40,453 bases of DNA from an uncultured Candidatus Saccharibacteria bacterium (GCA_964459225.1 CAYWKB010000003.1:1-40453), one strand, 5' to 3'. Positions 20,118 to 29,505 are shown, numbered from the stretch's first letter. Translations and numbers: made by a program. The notes: generated from the sequence alone by a model not told the origin.

Positions 20118-20531
20118 CTAGGTCGTTTTTAATTCTATTTCTATAACTCTATCTTTTAATTCTAATAAATCCTTTTTATCGGCTTTTGAATCCAAAGATG
20201 ATTTAATATAGAAAACATCTGTTTGTATTGTAATAAGTTTGGTATCCATTTCCACAACTCTGTTTTCGACCCTTTCTAGCCTTTCGTCTATTGCCTTAAC
20301 CTGATCGCATACACCTTTTATCTTTTCATTATATCCAGCTGTAAGATCGGTAACATGTCGTTCAAATCTCACAATCATTTTTTCTAATTTTAAATCTAAA
20401 TAATCCTTAGTCACATAAGAATCCAATTTCTTGTCTAAATAGTCTTTAGTCACAAAATCTTTTGTCTTTTCGGTTACAACAGACTCAATAGTGTTCTTTA
20501 AATATTCTTTTGTAATATTATTTTCTAACAT
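20118..20531 (-). CDS. Coiled-coil hypothetical protein (137 aa) with an internal VTKDYLD repeat
   Basis: FVTKDYLDKKLDSYVTKDYLDLKLE; heptad-rich C-terminal half. Confidence 0.75.
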   Translation of the reverse strand: MLENNITKEYLKNTIESVVTEKTKDFVTKDYLDKKLDSYVTKDYLDLKLEKMIVRFERHVTDLTAGYNEKIKGVCDQVKAIDERLERVENRVVEMDTKLITIQTDVFYIKSSLDSKADKKDLLELKDRVIEIELKTT

Positions 20532-20657
20532 TACTTATATAGTATTATTATTTAATTTTTATAACAATAGCTAAAATCATAAAAATTTTATCAGAATTTC
20601 ATTTTATGTGGATAACTTGTTTTGATTTATCAAAACAGAAATCCCCTTGTGGGATAA

Positions 20658-21014
20658 CTATTTATTTTCCGCAGTATTCTCCTTAACCCTATACTCTACA
20701 ATCTTTTTTATTGATTTGAGAGGTATCTCATTATCAATTGGAAATCTGATAGTTCCTTTTGAGAATTCATAATTTGAAATTTCTTTTTTAAACTTTTCTA
20801 CACCACTTGATGTTGGGTAAAATCCAATATGATTTTTCTGAGCAGCAAAATACACCAACACCTTACCCTGTCTATATGCAGGCATTCCATAGCTAATACA
20901 TTCAGTAGCATTGGGTGCTGATTCTTTAATTGCACTTCTTATACTATTTAAAATTATTTGAATTTCTTTAGGAAAAGAATTTATATAATCATCTACAGTT
21001 TTAAAAGTTTTCAT
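20658..21014 (-). CDS. DUF1801/YdhG-like protein
   Basis: TVDDYI, ISYGMPAY, HIGFYP, KGTIRFP. Confidence 0.88.
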   Translation of the reverse strand: MKTFKTVDDYINSFPKEIQIILNSIRSAIKESAPNATECISYGMPAYRQGKVLVYFAAQKNHIGFYPTSSGVEKFKKEISNYEFSKGTIRFPIDNEIPLKSIKKIVEYRVKENTAENK

Positions 21015-21038
21015 TTTCTTTTTCTTAATACCCTATAT

Positions 21039-21530
21039 TTATATTTTATTCATAAACTCATCTATCTCTTTAAACGAAGAAAGAATAATTGCTTTATGTT
21101 TATGTGGCTCAATAAATTCTGTATGTGTCATCTTTCCCTTTTTATACCCTAAACCGTATCTTTTATAGAATACATGCTTCATTAGAGCTAAGGTTCCACT
21201 TAAAGATTCATTATCTCTAAACAGCCCACGCTTAAATATTACAAACCATTGTTGCAATATATTTCTATAACGTAAATATATCACAGTATCAGATGATTCC
21301 ATCCCAGGATCAAGTAACCATGCTGTAGTGCCCTCCATTATCCATTTATCTTGTTGATATACTTCTTTAATTTTATTCAGAGCTTCTTGTCTATCTCTAA
21401 TTTTTGTAAATTTAACTTCATAGAAATAGTCATCAGTAGAATAGTGAGGAATATTTAGTCTTTGAGATAGTTTACTAGCAAATGTAGATTTACCTCTACC
21501 GGCATCACCGGTGATAATAATTTTTTGCAT
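21039..21530 (-). CDS. Adenylate kinase-like P-loop NTPase (topology modulation protein/FlaR-like)
   Basis: KIIITGDAGRGKSTFA, WIMEG; ATG at 21530 preferred. Confidence 0.8.
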   Translation of the reverse strand: MQKIIITGDAGRGKSTFASKLSQRLNIPHYSTDDYFYEVKFTKIRDRQEALNKIKEVYQQDKWIMEGTTAWLLDPGMESSDTVIYLRYRNILQQWFVIFKRGLFRDNESLSGTLALMKHVFYKRYGLGYKKGKMTHTEFIEPHKHKAIILSSFKEIDEFMNKI

Positions 21531-21625
21531 AATTGCATAATAGCATACGATTATTTTAAAGAAAAATAATTTACTCAATCTCCAACTCAAGTGCTGAATG
21601 ATCAGAAACCTCGTCATCTAACACT

Positions 21626-22210
21626 TTAAAGTTTTAATTTCATTCTTCTTAAAAGGATAATCAACGTAAATATAGCATTTGACAGGGTGATACTCAAAAG
21701 ATATGGAACAGTAATTAGTGAGTAATTTTCTATTGCAATCAAAGAAAGTATACCTGAAATAGTACTTATAAAATAAGTAGAAATAGTTTCTGAATAAGGC
21801 TCTTCATAACCCTTACGATAAGTTGGTAAAAATGCTAATAAATCTATTAGCGATATTAATACTACCGAATAAATTAGATCTTTAGAAAAAAGTAATGTGA
21901 GTATGGCAAAACAAGACCCAAATAAACATGCTATATCAAATCTGGTTATATTTTTTGTACCATAAGTAAAAGAAAGTATAAAAATAGTTATGCAAAATAT
22001 AGTACCAATTCCAATACCTAATGCACCATAACCACCTCCATCTGCAATAATTGTTACTGTACCGATTGTCTGTAAAATACTCCATATAAGCCATGAGTAG
22101 ATGTGGGGAGTTGTCTTTCTATTAATGATATCCCTAAGATAAGGTAAGTAACAAAAGGTAGACAGAATAACAACAATTAAAGCTGAGGAAATTTTAATTA
22201 TATCTATCAT
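21626..22210 (-). CDS. Multi-pass membrane protein (194 aa)
   Basis: About 7 hydrophobic segments; PYLRDI...PHIYSWLIW and PT...P..E repeated halves. Confidence 0.8.
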   Translation of the reverse strand: MIDIIKISSALIVVILSTFCYLPYLRDIINRKTTPHIYSWLIWSILQTIGTVTIIADGGGYGALGIGIGTIFCITIFILSFTYGTKNITRFDIACLFGSCFAILTLLFSKDLIYSVVLISLIDLLAFLPTYRKGYEEPYSETISTYFISTISGILSLIAIENYSLITVPYLLSITLSNAIFTLIILLRRMKLKL

Positions 22211-22223
22211 TAAATAAAAAATA

Positions 22224-22715
22224 TCACATCTTTTTACTCATATCAATAGCTCTCTTAGTAATATGATCTCCTATTTCTCCCCAATTAAAATATTTTTTAT
22301 TAAACTCTTTTGGATCAATTAGTTTTATTTCAGTAATATCATTATCATCAGGATCTTCTATAAAATCACCGTATGGTTCTACATCACATACAAATCTTAA
22401 ATGAGTTGAAATCACTCCAGATTCATTTATATCCTGATAACCGATATATTTCCATTGCAACACTTTCATATTTGTCTCTTCTTTGACCTCACGTATCATT
22501 GCATCTACACAATTTTCTCCATCTTCTACTTTTCCACCAGGTGGAGTCCAAATATCTTTTTTCTTTGAATATACTATAACTATTTTATCTTCCAGAAAAC
22601 ACCAGGCATGTACAGCATGAATCTTTTTATTTTTTATTTCATCATCATTATCAATATCTCTATATACAATATCTATATTTTTATTATTCCAGAAAATATT
22701 AGATTTTATTTCCAT
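22224..22715 (-). CDS. NUDIX hydrolase
   Basis: Nudix box GGKVEDGENCVDAMIREVKEET. Confidence 0.9.
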   Translation of the reverse strand: MEIKSNIFWNNKNIDIVYRDIDNDDEIKNKKIHAVHAWCFLEDKIVIVYSKKKDIWTPPGGKVEDGENCVDAMIREVKEETNMKVLQWKYIGYQDINESGVISTHLRFVCDVEPYGDFIEDPDDNDITEIKLIDPKEFNKKYFNWGEIGDHITKRAIDMSKKM

Positions 22716-22725
22716 ATGATTTCAT

Positions 22726-23346
22726 TTACTCAATCTCCACCATCACCTCATTTCTTGTCATCCATGGTGGTGTCCAAGGTGCATTATATCCTGCATATTT
22801 TGGTTCTCCTTTTATTTTCACATTATCATTTTTCAAAATATTCAATAACTTTTCCTTGTTTTTCATCACAGATGAATCACTTCTATACCAACCAAATCTA
22901 AGTACTGCCATTTTCATTTCATTAACTTTTACTATTTTTATTCTACTATCATTTGGTTTTGGAAGTGTTTCTAATGTATATGAGCTTGGCATTACAAATA
23001 CTACCGTATGTGATTCGCCATCTATAGTTGCAAGCACTGGTGTTGTCATCGCTATCTTTTCTGATTGTTGTTTGCTTTCAAGTACGGGAGTGGTCATTGC
23101 TATACTTTCCTTTTTCGTATTATTACCAAAAATAAAATTAGCAATTAAACGAAAACCTTCATTTAATGCATTGTCGTAACTACCATTCACCACAGTTTCT
23201 GCAACTATATGTTCAGCGTATTTTCTTATTTCATAATCATTTTTAACTTCCAATACTGTATACTTTGCTTTTTCAGCTTTTGAAGAAAAGTATCCGTATA
23301 TAGACCAGATTATTAATATTATTAAAATTATGTAAATTATTTTCAT
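22726..23346 (-). CDS. SOUL heme-binding family protein
   Basis: GFRLIANFIFGNN, duplicated IAMTTPV, YNAPWTPPWMTRNEV. Confidence 0.9.
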   Translation of the reverse strand: MKIIYIILIILIIWSIYGYFSSKAEKAKYTVLEVKNDYEIRKYAEHIVAETVVNGSYDNALNEGFRLIANFIFGNNTKKESIAMTTPVLESKQQSEKIAMTTPVLATIDGESHTVVFVMPSSYTLETLPKPNDSRIKIVKVNEMKMAVLRFGWYRSDSSVMKNKEKLLNILKNDNVKIKGEPKYAGYNAPWTPPWMTRNEVMVEIE

Positions 23347-23379
23347 GTATTAAATATAGCATGGAATTTAAAAGGGAAA

Positions 23380-23404
23380 GGGGCCATCCAGTTCGGATGA
23401 CCCC
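23380..23404 (-). terminator. Hairpin downstream of the DGR-target-like gene (terminator and/or DGR cis hairpin)
   Basis: Minus strand GGGGTCATCC-GAACT-GGATGGCCCC then TTTCCCTTTT; preceded by a (C/T)TTGA-repeat spacer (23415-23460). Confidence 0.7.
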
Positions 23405-23462
23405 AATTTTGGGAACTCAAGAATCAAATACTCAAAAGATTCAAGAATTCAAGGTGCAAGTA

Positions 23463-24392
23463 TCACTTGTTCTGCGGGGAGAAACCCGACGCAGAACCGT
23501 AGAAGTCGTTCGCATAGTCAACAACGCTCGTGTCGAACCTGAGCTCGTCGTCGCCGAAGTAGAAGATCGGAGACCCCGAGAAGACGCCAACGCCAACGGG
23601 CGAGAATTCATCTCCTGGAGTGTCGATGTAGAGGTCGTCGTAGTGTTCAAGACGATTGGGATGCGTGAGAAGCATGGAACCGACAGCGAAAGTGCCGAGA
23701 CCAGCTTCACCTGCAGTATCCCCAATAATGACACGAGCACGACGGACGGAACGTCCACGATGGCGAATGCCGAACTGGGCAGGCACGAGGAGGATATCGG
23801 CGTCGCCTTGCGCTTCCGCAAGGTTCTTCCAGAAGTCCTCGCTCTTTGCCGACTGGCGGAGGTGCTTCTCATCAATCGCGCCGTCGCGATAATTGTAGAA
23901 GCGACCCTTGCGGGTTTCCGATAGGGTGTTGAGGATTTTCTGCACCGCCGAGCTGTAGATCGAACCGAAAATCTTCGGATTCTTCTTCCAGTTCGGAATG
24001 GCAAACCATCCTTCGGCGTTCTCGGGGAGCTTGGCTTCGCCTTTTTCGATCTGTGTGAGCAGTTCTTGATTGGCGTAGCCGAGACCCGAGAACAATTCGC
24101 GCAGACGATTGGTCTGTTCAACAATCCCCAAGGGCTTGTAGCCCGAAAGGTAACCGTAGCTCGATTCGACTTCTTCATCACTATATTCATGGCGATGGCG
24201 GTGCTCCTCAATAAACTCTGCGAGGAGATCACCTGCGCCCGCAGCTTCATTTACGCGTTGGGCTTCGTCCTCAGAGAGGCCGGCCTTGTTATAGGCGGCT
24301 TCGAGAATGGACATGAACTGCAATCCTTTCGGATCGCGGACGGTGACTTTGGCTGAACTAACAACTGCAACTGACGGCTCCAATGTTTTCAT
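23463..24392 (-). CDS. Probable DGR target protein with a C-terminal CLec-like variable region
   Basis: GC-rich gene; C-terminus GDEFSP...FYFGDDELRFDTSVVDYANDFYGSASGFSPQ resembles CPR DGR targets; ATG at 24392 follows an AAGGA RBS (alternative start 24401). Confidence 0.75.
   Translation of the reverse strand: MKTLEPSVAVVSSAKVTVRDPKGLQFMSILEAAYNKAGLSEDEAQRVNEAAGAGDLLAEFIEEHRHRHEYSDEEVESSYGYLSGYKPLGIVEQTNRLRELFSGLGYANQELLTQIEKGEAKLPENAEGWFAIPNWKKNPKIFGSIYSSAVQKILNTLSETRKGRFYNYRDGAIDEKHLRQSAKSEDFWKNLAEAQGDADILLVPAQFGIRHRGRSVRRARVIIGDTAGEAGLGTFAVGSMLLTHPNRLEHYDDLYIDTPGDEFSPVGVGVFSGSPIFYFGDDELRFDTSVVDYANDFYGSASGFSPQNK
23472..23615 (-). repeat. Putative variable region (VR); boundaries approximate
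   Basis: 3'-terminal ~47 codons dominated by NNC/NNT codons (GTT GGC GTT GGC GTC TTC...), as expected of mutated AAC/AAT sites; no cognate TR in the window. Confidence 0.55.
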
Positions 24393-24472
24393 CGGCTCCA
24401 TCCTTTCTTTTGTTATGCCAGATGCGCTCCAGCAGGTTGCGAGAGTGATATTTCGTTTTCAACTCTATATGG

Positions 24473-24501
24473 ATTATAACATAATATATAGTAAAATGCA
24501 A
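24473..24501 (-). promoter_or_regulatory. Strong sigma70 promoter of the DGR-target-like gene
   Basis: TTGCAT (24501-24496) - 17 nt - TATAAT (24478-24473), with an extended TGn. Confidence 0.8.
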
Positions 24502-24547
24502 GGATTAATAGATAATCATTCAACTAATTGAACCACCCTTCTTTTGT

Positions 24548-24751
24548 CTAAACTTTCTTATTGAAAAAATCAACTATGCTACCTAGTATGTATCCGAGTA
24601 TTGCTCCAATAATTGGTAATAAAATTACCAATCCAGATCCAGGTCCAGCACTGTTTCCATTATTTAAATCATACAAGGCCCAAATTAAAATAATTGTACC
24701 TAAAATAAAAAGCCAGAAAGCATAAAAATTTCGTTTTTCCCAATTTCTCAT
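24548..24751 (-). CDS. Small two-TM membrane protein (67 aa)
   Basis: Two hydrophobic segments joined by a Gly-rich loop. Confidence 0.65.
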   Translation of the reverse strand: MRNWEKRNFYAFWLFILGTIILIWALYDLNNGNSAGPGSGLVILLPIIGAILGYILGSIVDFFNKKV

Positions 24752-24885
24752 GTGATTGTAATATTATATATTATTCTACGAGTTTAGCACAAAAAACTAA
24801 TTTTCTGCGAACCTTAGACTATATTAGAACTTCGTAAATAAGTATTTCTAACCTCAATTGTTTTAGGATTGTGAAGACGTGTTAG

Positions 24886-25689
24886 CTAGTTATAAGCCCC
24901 TCCTAATTTTTTCTCAAGCAATAATACTTCGCTAGGTATATTGCCATCTATAAGTTTATTTTCATATAAGTCTTTGATATAGGTGACACAAATACCAATG
25001 GCATCAGTTACGCATGTTTTACCAGCATCACCCTCATTGAAGATGTAATCACCATTCTCATTAGCATGAACTATTGTGCTAATGCTTTCTATATTCAGAT
25101 GTGCAATTGGCGAAAGGTATCTGTATATTATCGTATACATACGCTCGAAGTGACCCTTTTCAATACTTTTGTTTTCCTGATCACACTTCATGGCTTTTGC
25201 TTCCATATCTAACGCTCTATCTCTTTCAGTGATACTATTTCCTCTTAAAATACCTTGCCTTTGAGTTGTGACGTCATTCTTCATATCTTCCAAGTACTTT
25301 TTGCTCAAAAGAGCGCTGGAGTCTTGAGATTCCAAATTGGGATATTTACTTATCAACTCGTTAAGTTTATTTATAACAGTGAGCCTACTATCAGCACTTT
25401 CTTTCGCTGAAAGTGCTAGTTTTTTATTCGTATCGCCCAATTGATGATAAACAATGTTGATATGACCCTCTACTAAGCTTCTCAAAATCACACTCGCTGC
25501 GTGAAATTTATTTTCTTTATAAAGGATGATTATTGATTCGGTAAAGGAAAACAGCAAATAATGCATAAAATAGAGATAGTACTGGAGGTAGTTATAACTA
25601 CCAGTATTTCTATGTAGGAGAGGTTTAGTCAGCTCTACTAAAGCTGAAAAATCAGTAATAATTGTTTCTATTTCTTGTTCAGATTTCAT
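24886..25689 (-). CDS. DUF5677-like helical (HEPN-related) protein
   Basis: ILRSLVE and YTIIYRYLSPIAHLN patterns recognised by eye. Confidence 0.6.
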   Translation of the reverse strand: MKSEQEIETIITDFSALVELTKPLLHRNTGSYNYLQYYLYFMHYLLFSFTESIIILYKENKFHAASVILRSLVEGHINIVYHQLGDTNKKLALSAKESADSRLTVINKLNELISKYPNLESQDSSALLSKKYLEDMKNDVTTQRQGILRGNSITERDRALDMEAKAMKCDQENKSIEKGHFERMYTIIYRYLSPIAHLNIESISTIVHANENGDYIFNEGDAGKTCVTDAIGICVTYIKDLYENKLIDGNIPSEVLLLEKKLGGAYN

Positions 25690-25771
25690 AATATTTGATG
25701 ATTGACTTTTACAGAATCCATATGCTAAGATATAAGTATTCAGACGAAAAGGGGTCCAAACGGCTAACTAC

Positions 25772-26320
25772 CTAAGGCACCCTTTTCTTTTTGTCTAAAT
25801 TTTCTTCCTTTATAATTTTACTTTTTATATCCGTGTCATCTAAATATGCGAAGTATTGATTTGTGAGTTCTTTGTACAGGGATGATCTGTACTGCCTGTC
25901 GGGGAAAAGTATTTTTTCAAATCTATTTTCTTCAATTAGGAAATCTACAAGCAACTTATAGTCACCGTCGCCTGAGACAATGATGATCTTACCAAACTCC
26001 TCCTTTTTATATAGCTTTTTCATAATATTGAAAATGATGTCCGAGTCTACATTACCTTTCTTCTTTCCCACCATAGCCGGGTTATGCAAGCGAAAGAGGA
26101 GGATGAATCCAGCCTTTTGAATTTCTTCATAGAGGTCATTGTTCTCAGGCTGCACGTAACCTAGATGGTAGTATGCCTTATCGACATTATATTTTTTCTG
26201 TAAATAAACGTAAAGACGGGTAAGGTCAATCAGCCAAGGGTTCTTTTCCTTTTTGGCAGTGTTCATATATAGATTTTGACCGTCTATGAAAGCAATATTT
26301 TTATCTTTTGTATTATCCAT
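25772..26320 (-). CDS. NYN-domain (PIN-like/LabA-DUF88) ribonuclease
   Basis: AFIDGQNL, KKGNVDSDII, IVSGDGDY acidic catalytic set. Confidence 0.9.
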   Translation of the reverse strand: MDNTKDKNIAFIDGQNLYMNTAKKEKNPWLIDLTRLYVYLQKKYNVDKAYYHLGYVQPENNDLYEEIQKAGFILLFRLHNPAMVGKKKGNVDSDIIFNIMKKLYKKEEFGKIIIVSGDGDYKLLVDFLIEENRFEKILFPDRQYRSSLYKELTNQYFAYLDDTDIKSKIIKEENLDKKKRVP

Positions 26321-26329
26321 GTTATTTTT

Positions 26330-26399
26330 ACCTCTGTCTCTGGCAGAGTCGGGCTGACTACTAACCCCTTTCGGGGAGGGCCGAAGCCTTAGTGACTCT
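26330..26399 (-). ncRNA. Candidate structured 5' leader RNA of the NYN gene
   Basis: ACTAA-GGC(TTCG)GCC-CT-CCCC(GAAA)GGGG-TTAGT three-way junction, then AGTC/GACT hairpin; TATACT -10 at 26405-26400. Confidence 0.55.
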
Positions 26400-26484
26400 A
26401 GTATACCAGAATAGTTTATGTAAACAAAAAACTCACAGCTACTCTGCTGCCAGTTTTTCTAATGAGAATGTTTGATATTGCGTT

Positions 26485-27468
26485 CTACAAATACCCCTTC
26501 GTTTTTTCCAAATATGCCTGTACATTTTTTATTCCATTCTCCTTTCCAACCTTACTCCAACGTCCAAATTTCCAATGACTTTGTAAAATAATTACTGCTT
26601 GAAGCGCAGAGCGGTCTATAAAGAGATCGTTTCCAGCATATCCTCTAATGAGATGCTCACTTGCTTCTTCGTTCATTTCTCGTCCGAGTGCGGTAACAAT
26701 TGCACGAGCTAAGTCCATATAGGGATGATCAAGAAGTGGGACAGGGTCGAAAACTGTAAGAGGATCTGTGGCAAAGATATTTTGATAAGCAAAATCATTA
26801 TGACAATAAGAACTTTCTGTAGATATACCGACGTACTCATTTATTTTCTGAATAGCCAGAGAAAGATTACCGTGTTTACTATCATCGAGAAGACTAACGT
26901 CATTTACATATTCTACTTTTTCATTAATTAGATATTCTAACCATTCACTAAATTTAGAATAATTTCCTTTTCCATTTTCCATAACACCAAAACCTTCAGC
27001 CTTTACGTTATGCATCATTCGTAAGACACTTCCCATTTTTACAAAAATCTCTTCTCTGATCATTGCCCCTTTTTTATAAACCTCTGGAAGAGGTTTTGCA
27101 TCTATAAATTCCATGAGTAAATAATGACTTCCATCTATTTTACCTTCTTCAATAACATGAGGAACTTTGACTCCTACTTTTTCCCATGCTCGCAAAAATG
27201 CTCCTTCACTTTCATAAAGTTTCTCTGGGCTTAAAGGAATTTTTAAAACTCTTTTTATTCCTTCCGCCTCAATAATACAAGTAAAAGAACTTGACCCAGC
27301 TGCCGGAAAAGTAACTAAAACATCTTTATCCTTAAAAAGAGAATGTTGTTTCAAAAAAACCTCAACATGAGGAATAAGAGCCAATCTCCGTTCATTGGTT
27401 TTTGTTTCTATTTCATAGGTAGAAAATAAAGGCTTATTTATAAATGTAATTTTATTAGAAGGTTCCAT
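26485..27468 (-). CDS. Aminoglycoside phosphotransferase/fructosamine kinase-like protein
   Basis: VLKIP, GVKVPHV, CHNDFAYQNI, VFDP; ATG at 27468 preferred. Confidence 0.8.
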   Translation of the reverse strand: MEPSNKITFINKPLFSTYEIETKTNERRLALIPHVEVFLKQHSLFKDKDVLVTFPAAGSSSFTCIIEAEGIKRVLKIPLSPEKLYESEGAFLRAWEKVGVKVPHVIEEGKIDGSHYLLMEFIDAKPLPEVYKKGAMIREEIFVKMGSVLRMMHNVKAEGFGVMENGKGNYSKFSEWLEYLINEKVEYVNDVSLLDDSKHGNLSLAIQKINEYVGISTESSYCHNDFAYQNIFATDPLTVFDPVPLLDHPYMDLARAIVTALGREMNEEASEHLIRGYAGNDLFIDRSALQAVIILQSHWKFGRWSKVGKENGIKNVQAYLEKTKGYL

Positions 27469-27564
27469 GGAAATAATTGTAGCATAAAAGTTAAAGCGCA
27501 TCATTGCTGATGCGCTTTGTTTGGTAGTTTGTGGTTACTTAACTATATAGATTGTATTGAAAAA

Positions 27565-28128
27565 CTACCAATTCTTGTGAGCTTTTACGAAGAGCGCGAT
27601 TGCATCGCTATCGTCGGGATGCCGTTCAGCACCGAGTCTTTTGAGACCATCTTCACTCTGCATGGCCTTTTCAATAGGAATCATCGCATCAACGAGCTTA
27701 ATCAGCGTATTGCGTCCACTAGGAGTTGTCATATCCAAGTGATAAACACGCTGTGATCCAATGAGCATGTAAAACATACCTTTCCACTGGTACACGTCGT
27801 CCTTGGCAATTGTCTGATTACGGCTACGGAAGTCATCGATATTCTTCTCAATAAGTGCGAGTAGGTCTTTGAAACCCCGCATAAGTACCATATAGAAATA
27901 ATATTCGAATGAAAATCTGTTGCCACCATCGATGTAAACTCGATCAGCTCGGTTGAAGAGCTCGCGCCAGTCTTCGAAGCTCAGAGGTTCTTTGAGATCG
28001 AGACGACGTTTACCCTCGTTACAAAGCCAGACGAGATCCGCAGCAAATTGACTGAAATGCAAGTATGTCTTTTCCGGCGTCAGCTCTCCCGGGCGCGTTC
28101 CTCGAGCACTGATTTGTTTTTCTTCCAT
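27565..28128 (-). CDS. Hypothetical protein (187 aa), GC-richer than the backbone
   Basis: ATG preceded by GGAGAA; no motif recognised. Confidence 0.7.
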   Translation of the reverse strand: MEEKQISARGTRPGELTPEKTYLHFSQFAADLVWLCNEGKRRLDLKEPLSFEDWRELFNRADRVYIDGGNRFSFEYYFYMVLMRGFKDLLALIEKNIDDFRSRNQTIAKDDVYQWKGMFYMLIGSQRVYHLDMTTPSGRNTLIKLVDAMIPIEKAMQSEDGLKRLGAERHPDDSDAIALFVKAHKNW

Positions 28129-28276
28129 AATTATTCTCCATGGTTGGTTGTTTACTCAATGTGCTTAACTCTATGAACCTTCGACTTCTGTCGTTGGCTC
28201 AATGAAGTGGAGGAAGTGTTTTAAGTTTCCTCCATTTTGGACGATGTTTATAGGTAATCGTCTCACTACCTTTTTA

Positions 28277-28756
28277 TTACAAACTCTTAATCATACGGAA
28301 GGTTGCTTTGAGTCCGGGAGTTTCCAGAACAGTGCCGATACCACGCTCATAGCGTTCGTACGAGAAAGGTTTCCCTTCATACTGAGCTTCAGAACGATTA
28401 ATCATGCCTTTTTGAAATTCCACAAGAGCATGGGCGAAGTTCTTGGGAGTTTTACGTCCCGCCTTCTCGATTGTACCATCGAATGGTCCCTCCAGCCTGA
28501 CGGTAGAGAAACTAAGACAGACCAGTTGAGAATTCTTCTGACGCAAACGATGGACGAAACCTGCAACTCCCTCCTGGCAGCCGTAAAAGCTACCGGTGAT
28601 GAACAACTGCCGTTCATCAGTCACAATGACATCTTCGACTCCATGAATGTCGCGGAAGATTTTGTAATCTTTCCCACCGACAAGTTGCATAACAGCGAGG
28701 ACTTCCTCGCAAGACTGACGAGCGTGATAATCCGTTTGAAGAATGATGATTTTCAT
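28277..28756 (-). CDS. Hypothetical protein with an atypical (pseudo-)receiver-like fold (159 aa)
   Basis: MKIIILQTD...LFITGS...LVCLSFST...FDGTIEK follows the CheY beta/alpha pattern but lacks the phospho-acceptor Asp. Confidence 0.55.
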   Translation of the reverse strand: MKIIILQTDYHARQSCEEVLAVMQLVGGKDYKIFRDIHGVEDVIVTDERQLFITGSFYGCQEGVAGFVHRLRQKNSQLVCLSFSTVRLEGPFDGTIEKAGRKTPKNFAHALVEFQKGMINRSEAQYEGKPFSYERYERGIGTVLETPGLKATFRMIKSL

Positions 28757-28851
28757 CTTTTTCTATTTTCTCTTTTCTCTTTTGAAGTACTTGTCGGATG
28801 TTTTCAGAGCCCGACATTTGACTCTCAGAACTTAATTTATTCTCTTTTCTA

Positions 28852-28880
28852 AATCTAGCGTATCAGAACACAAAAGTCAA
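28852..28880 (-). promoter_or_regulatory. sigma70 promoter for the 28756 gene
   Basis: TTGACT (28880-75) - 17 nt - TAGATT (28857-52). Confidence 0.6.
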
Positions 28881-28944
28881 GGTGTGTCTATGGTTACCTT
28901 AATAAGAAAAGTCCGCTAGTTTTCACTGCAAATTCACAATAACA

Positions 28945-29505
28945 CTAAGCTAAATGATTGAGGTCATTCCAAAACATTATTCGCCACTTTTTCTTTTCTG
29001 AATTAAACATAAATTTCGATACACCAGTATTATCCATAACCAGAACATCATCAAAACTTTTAATAAGATTCTCATCTATTAAATTATTAAGAATAAAATA
29101 TGCCGCTAAAGATTTTAATAAAATAGCATGACTTATTATTACTATATGCCTTGATTCATTATTCTCTAAAAAACTTTTAATCTCAGTAAGGCGATTTTTT
29201 AATGATTCAAAATCTTCAATATACTTATATACACCATTATGTGAAAAAGTTCCTTGGCGCTCTTTCAGAAAATCTTTAGACTCAGATTTTATACCAGTAA
29301 CCTTTTCAATCTCCCCTGCTGTTATTTGTGCTCTGAGAATTCCAGAATGATAAATCTTATCTACTGTAATATGTTTAAATCTTTCTGCAACCAATACTGC
29401 CTGTTTTAAACCATTATCAGACAATACATCTTCGGGACCATTAAATTGTGAATTAACATTTGAGAGACATTCTCCATGTCTAATAAAATAGATATATTTT
29501 CTCAT
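28945..29505 (-). CDS. Histidine phosphatase (phosphoglycerate mutase) family protein
   Basis: IYFIRHGE, SGILRAQITA, IISHA. Confidence 0.9.
   Translation of the reverse strand: MRKYIYFIRHGECLSNVNSQFNGPEDVLSDNGLKQAVLVAERFKHITVDKIYHSGILRAQITAGEIEKVTGIKSESKDFLKERQGTFSHNGVYKYIEDFESLKNRLTEIKSFLENNESRHIVIISHAILLKSLAAYFILNNLIDENLIKSFDDVLVMDNTGVSKFMFNSEKKKWRIMFWNDLNHLA

Noticed and set aside
23361-24531. Long alternative-frame ORFs over the DGR-target gene (23441..24250 -, 23361..23924 +, others)
   Set aside because: Shadow ORFs expected in GC-rich DNA; only the 312-aa frame has a promoter, RBS and family-like C-terminus
28202-28852. 216-aa plus-strand ORF
   Set aside because: Fully antisense to the 159-aa gene, which has the consensus promoter and co-orientation with its neighbours
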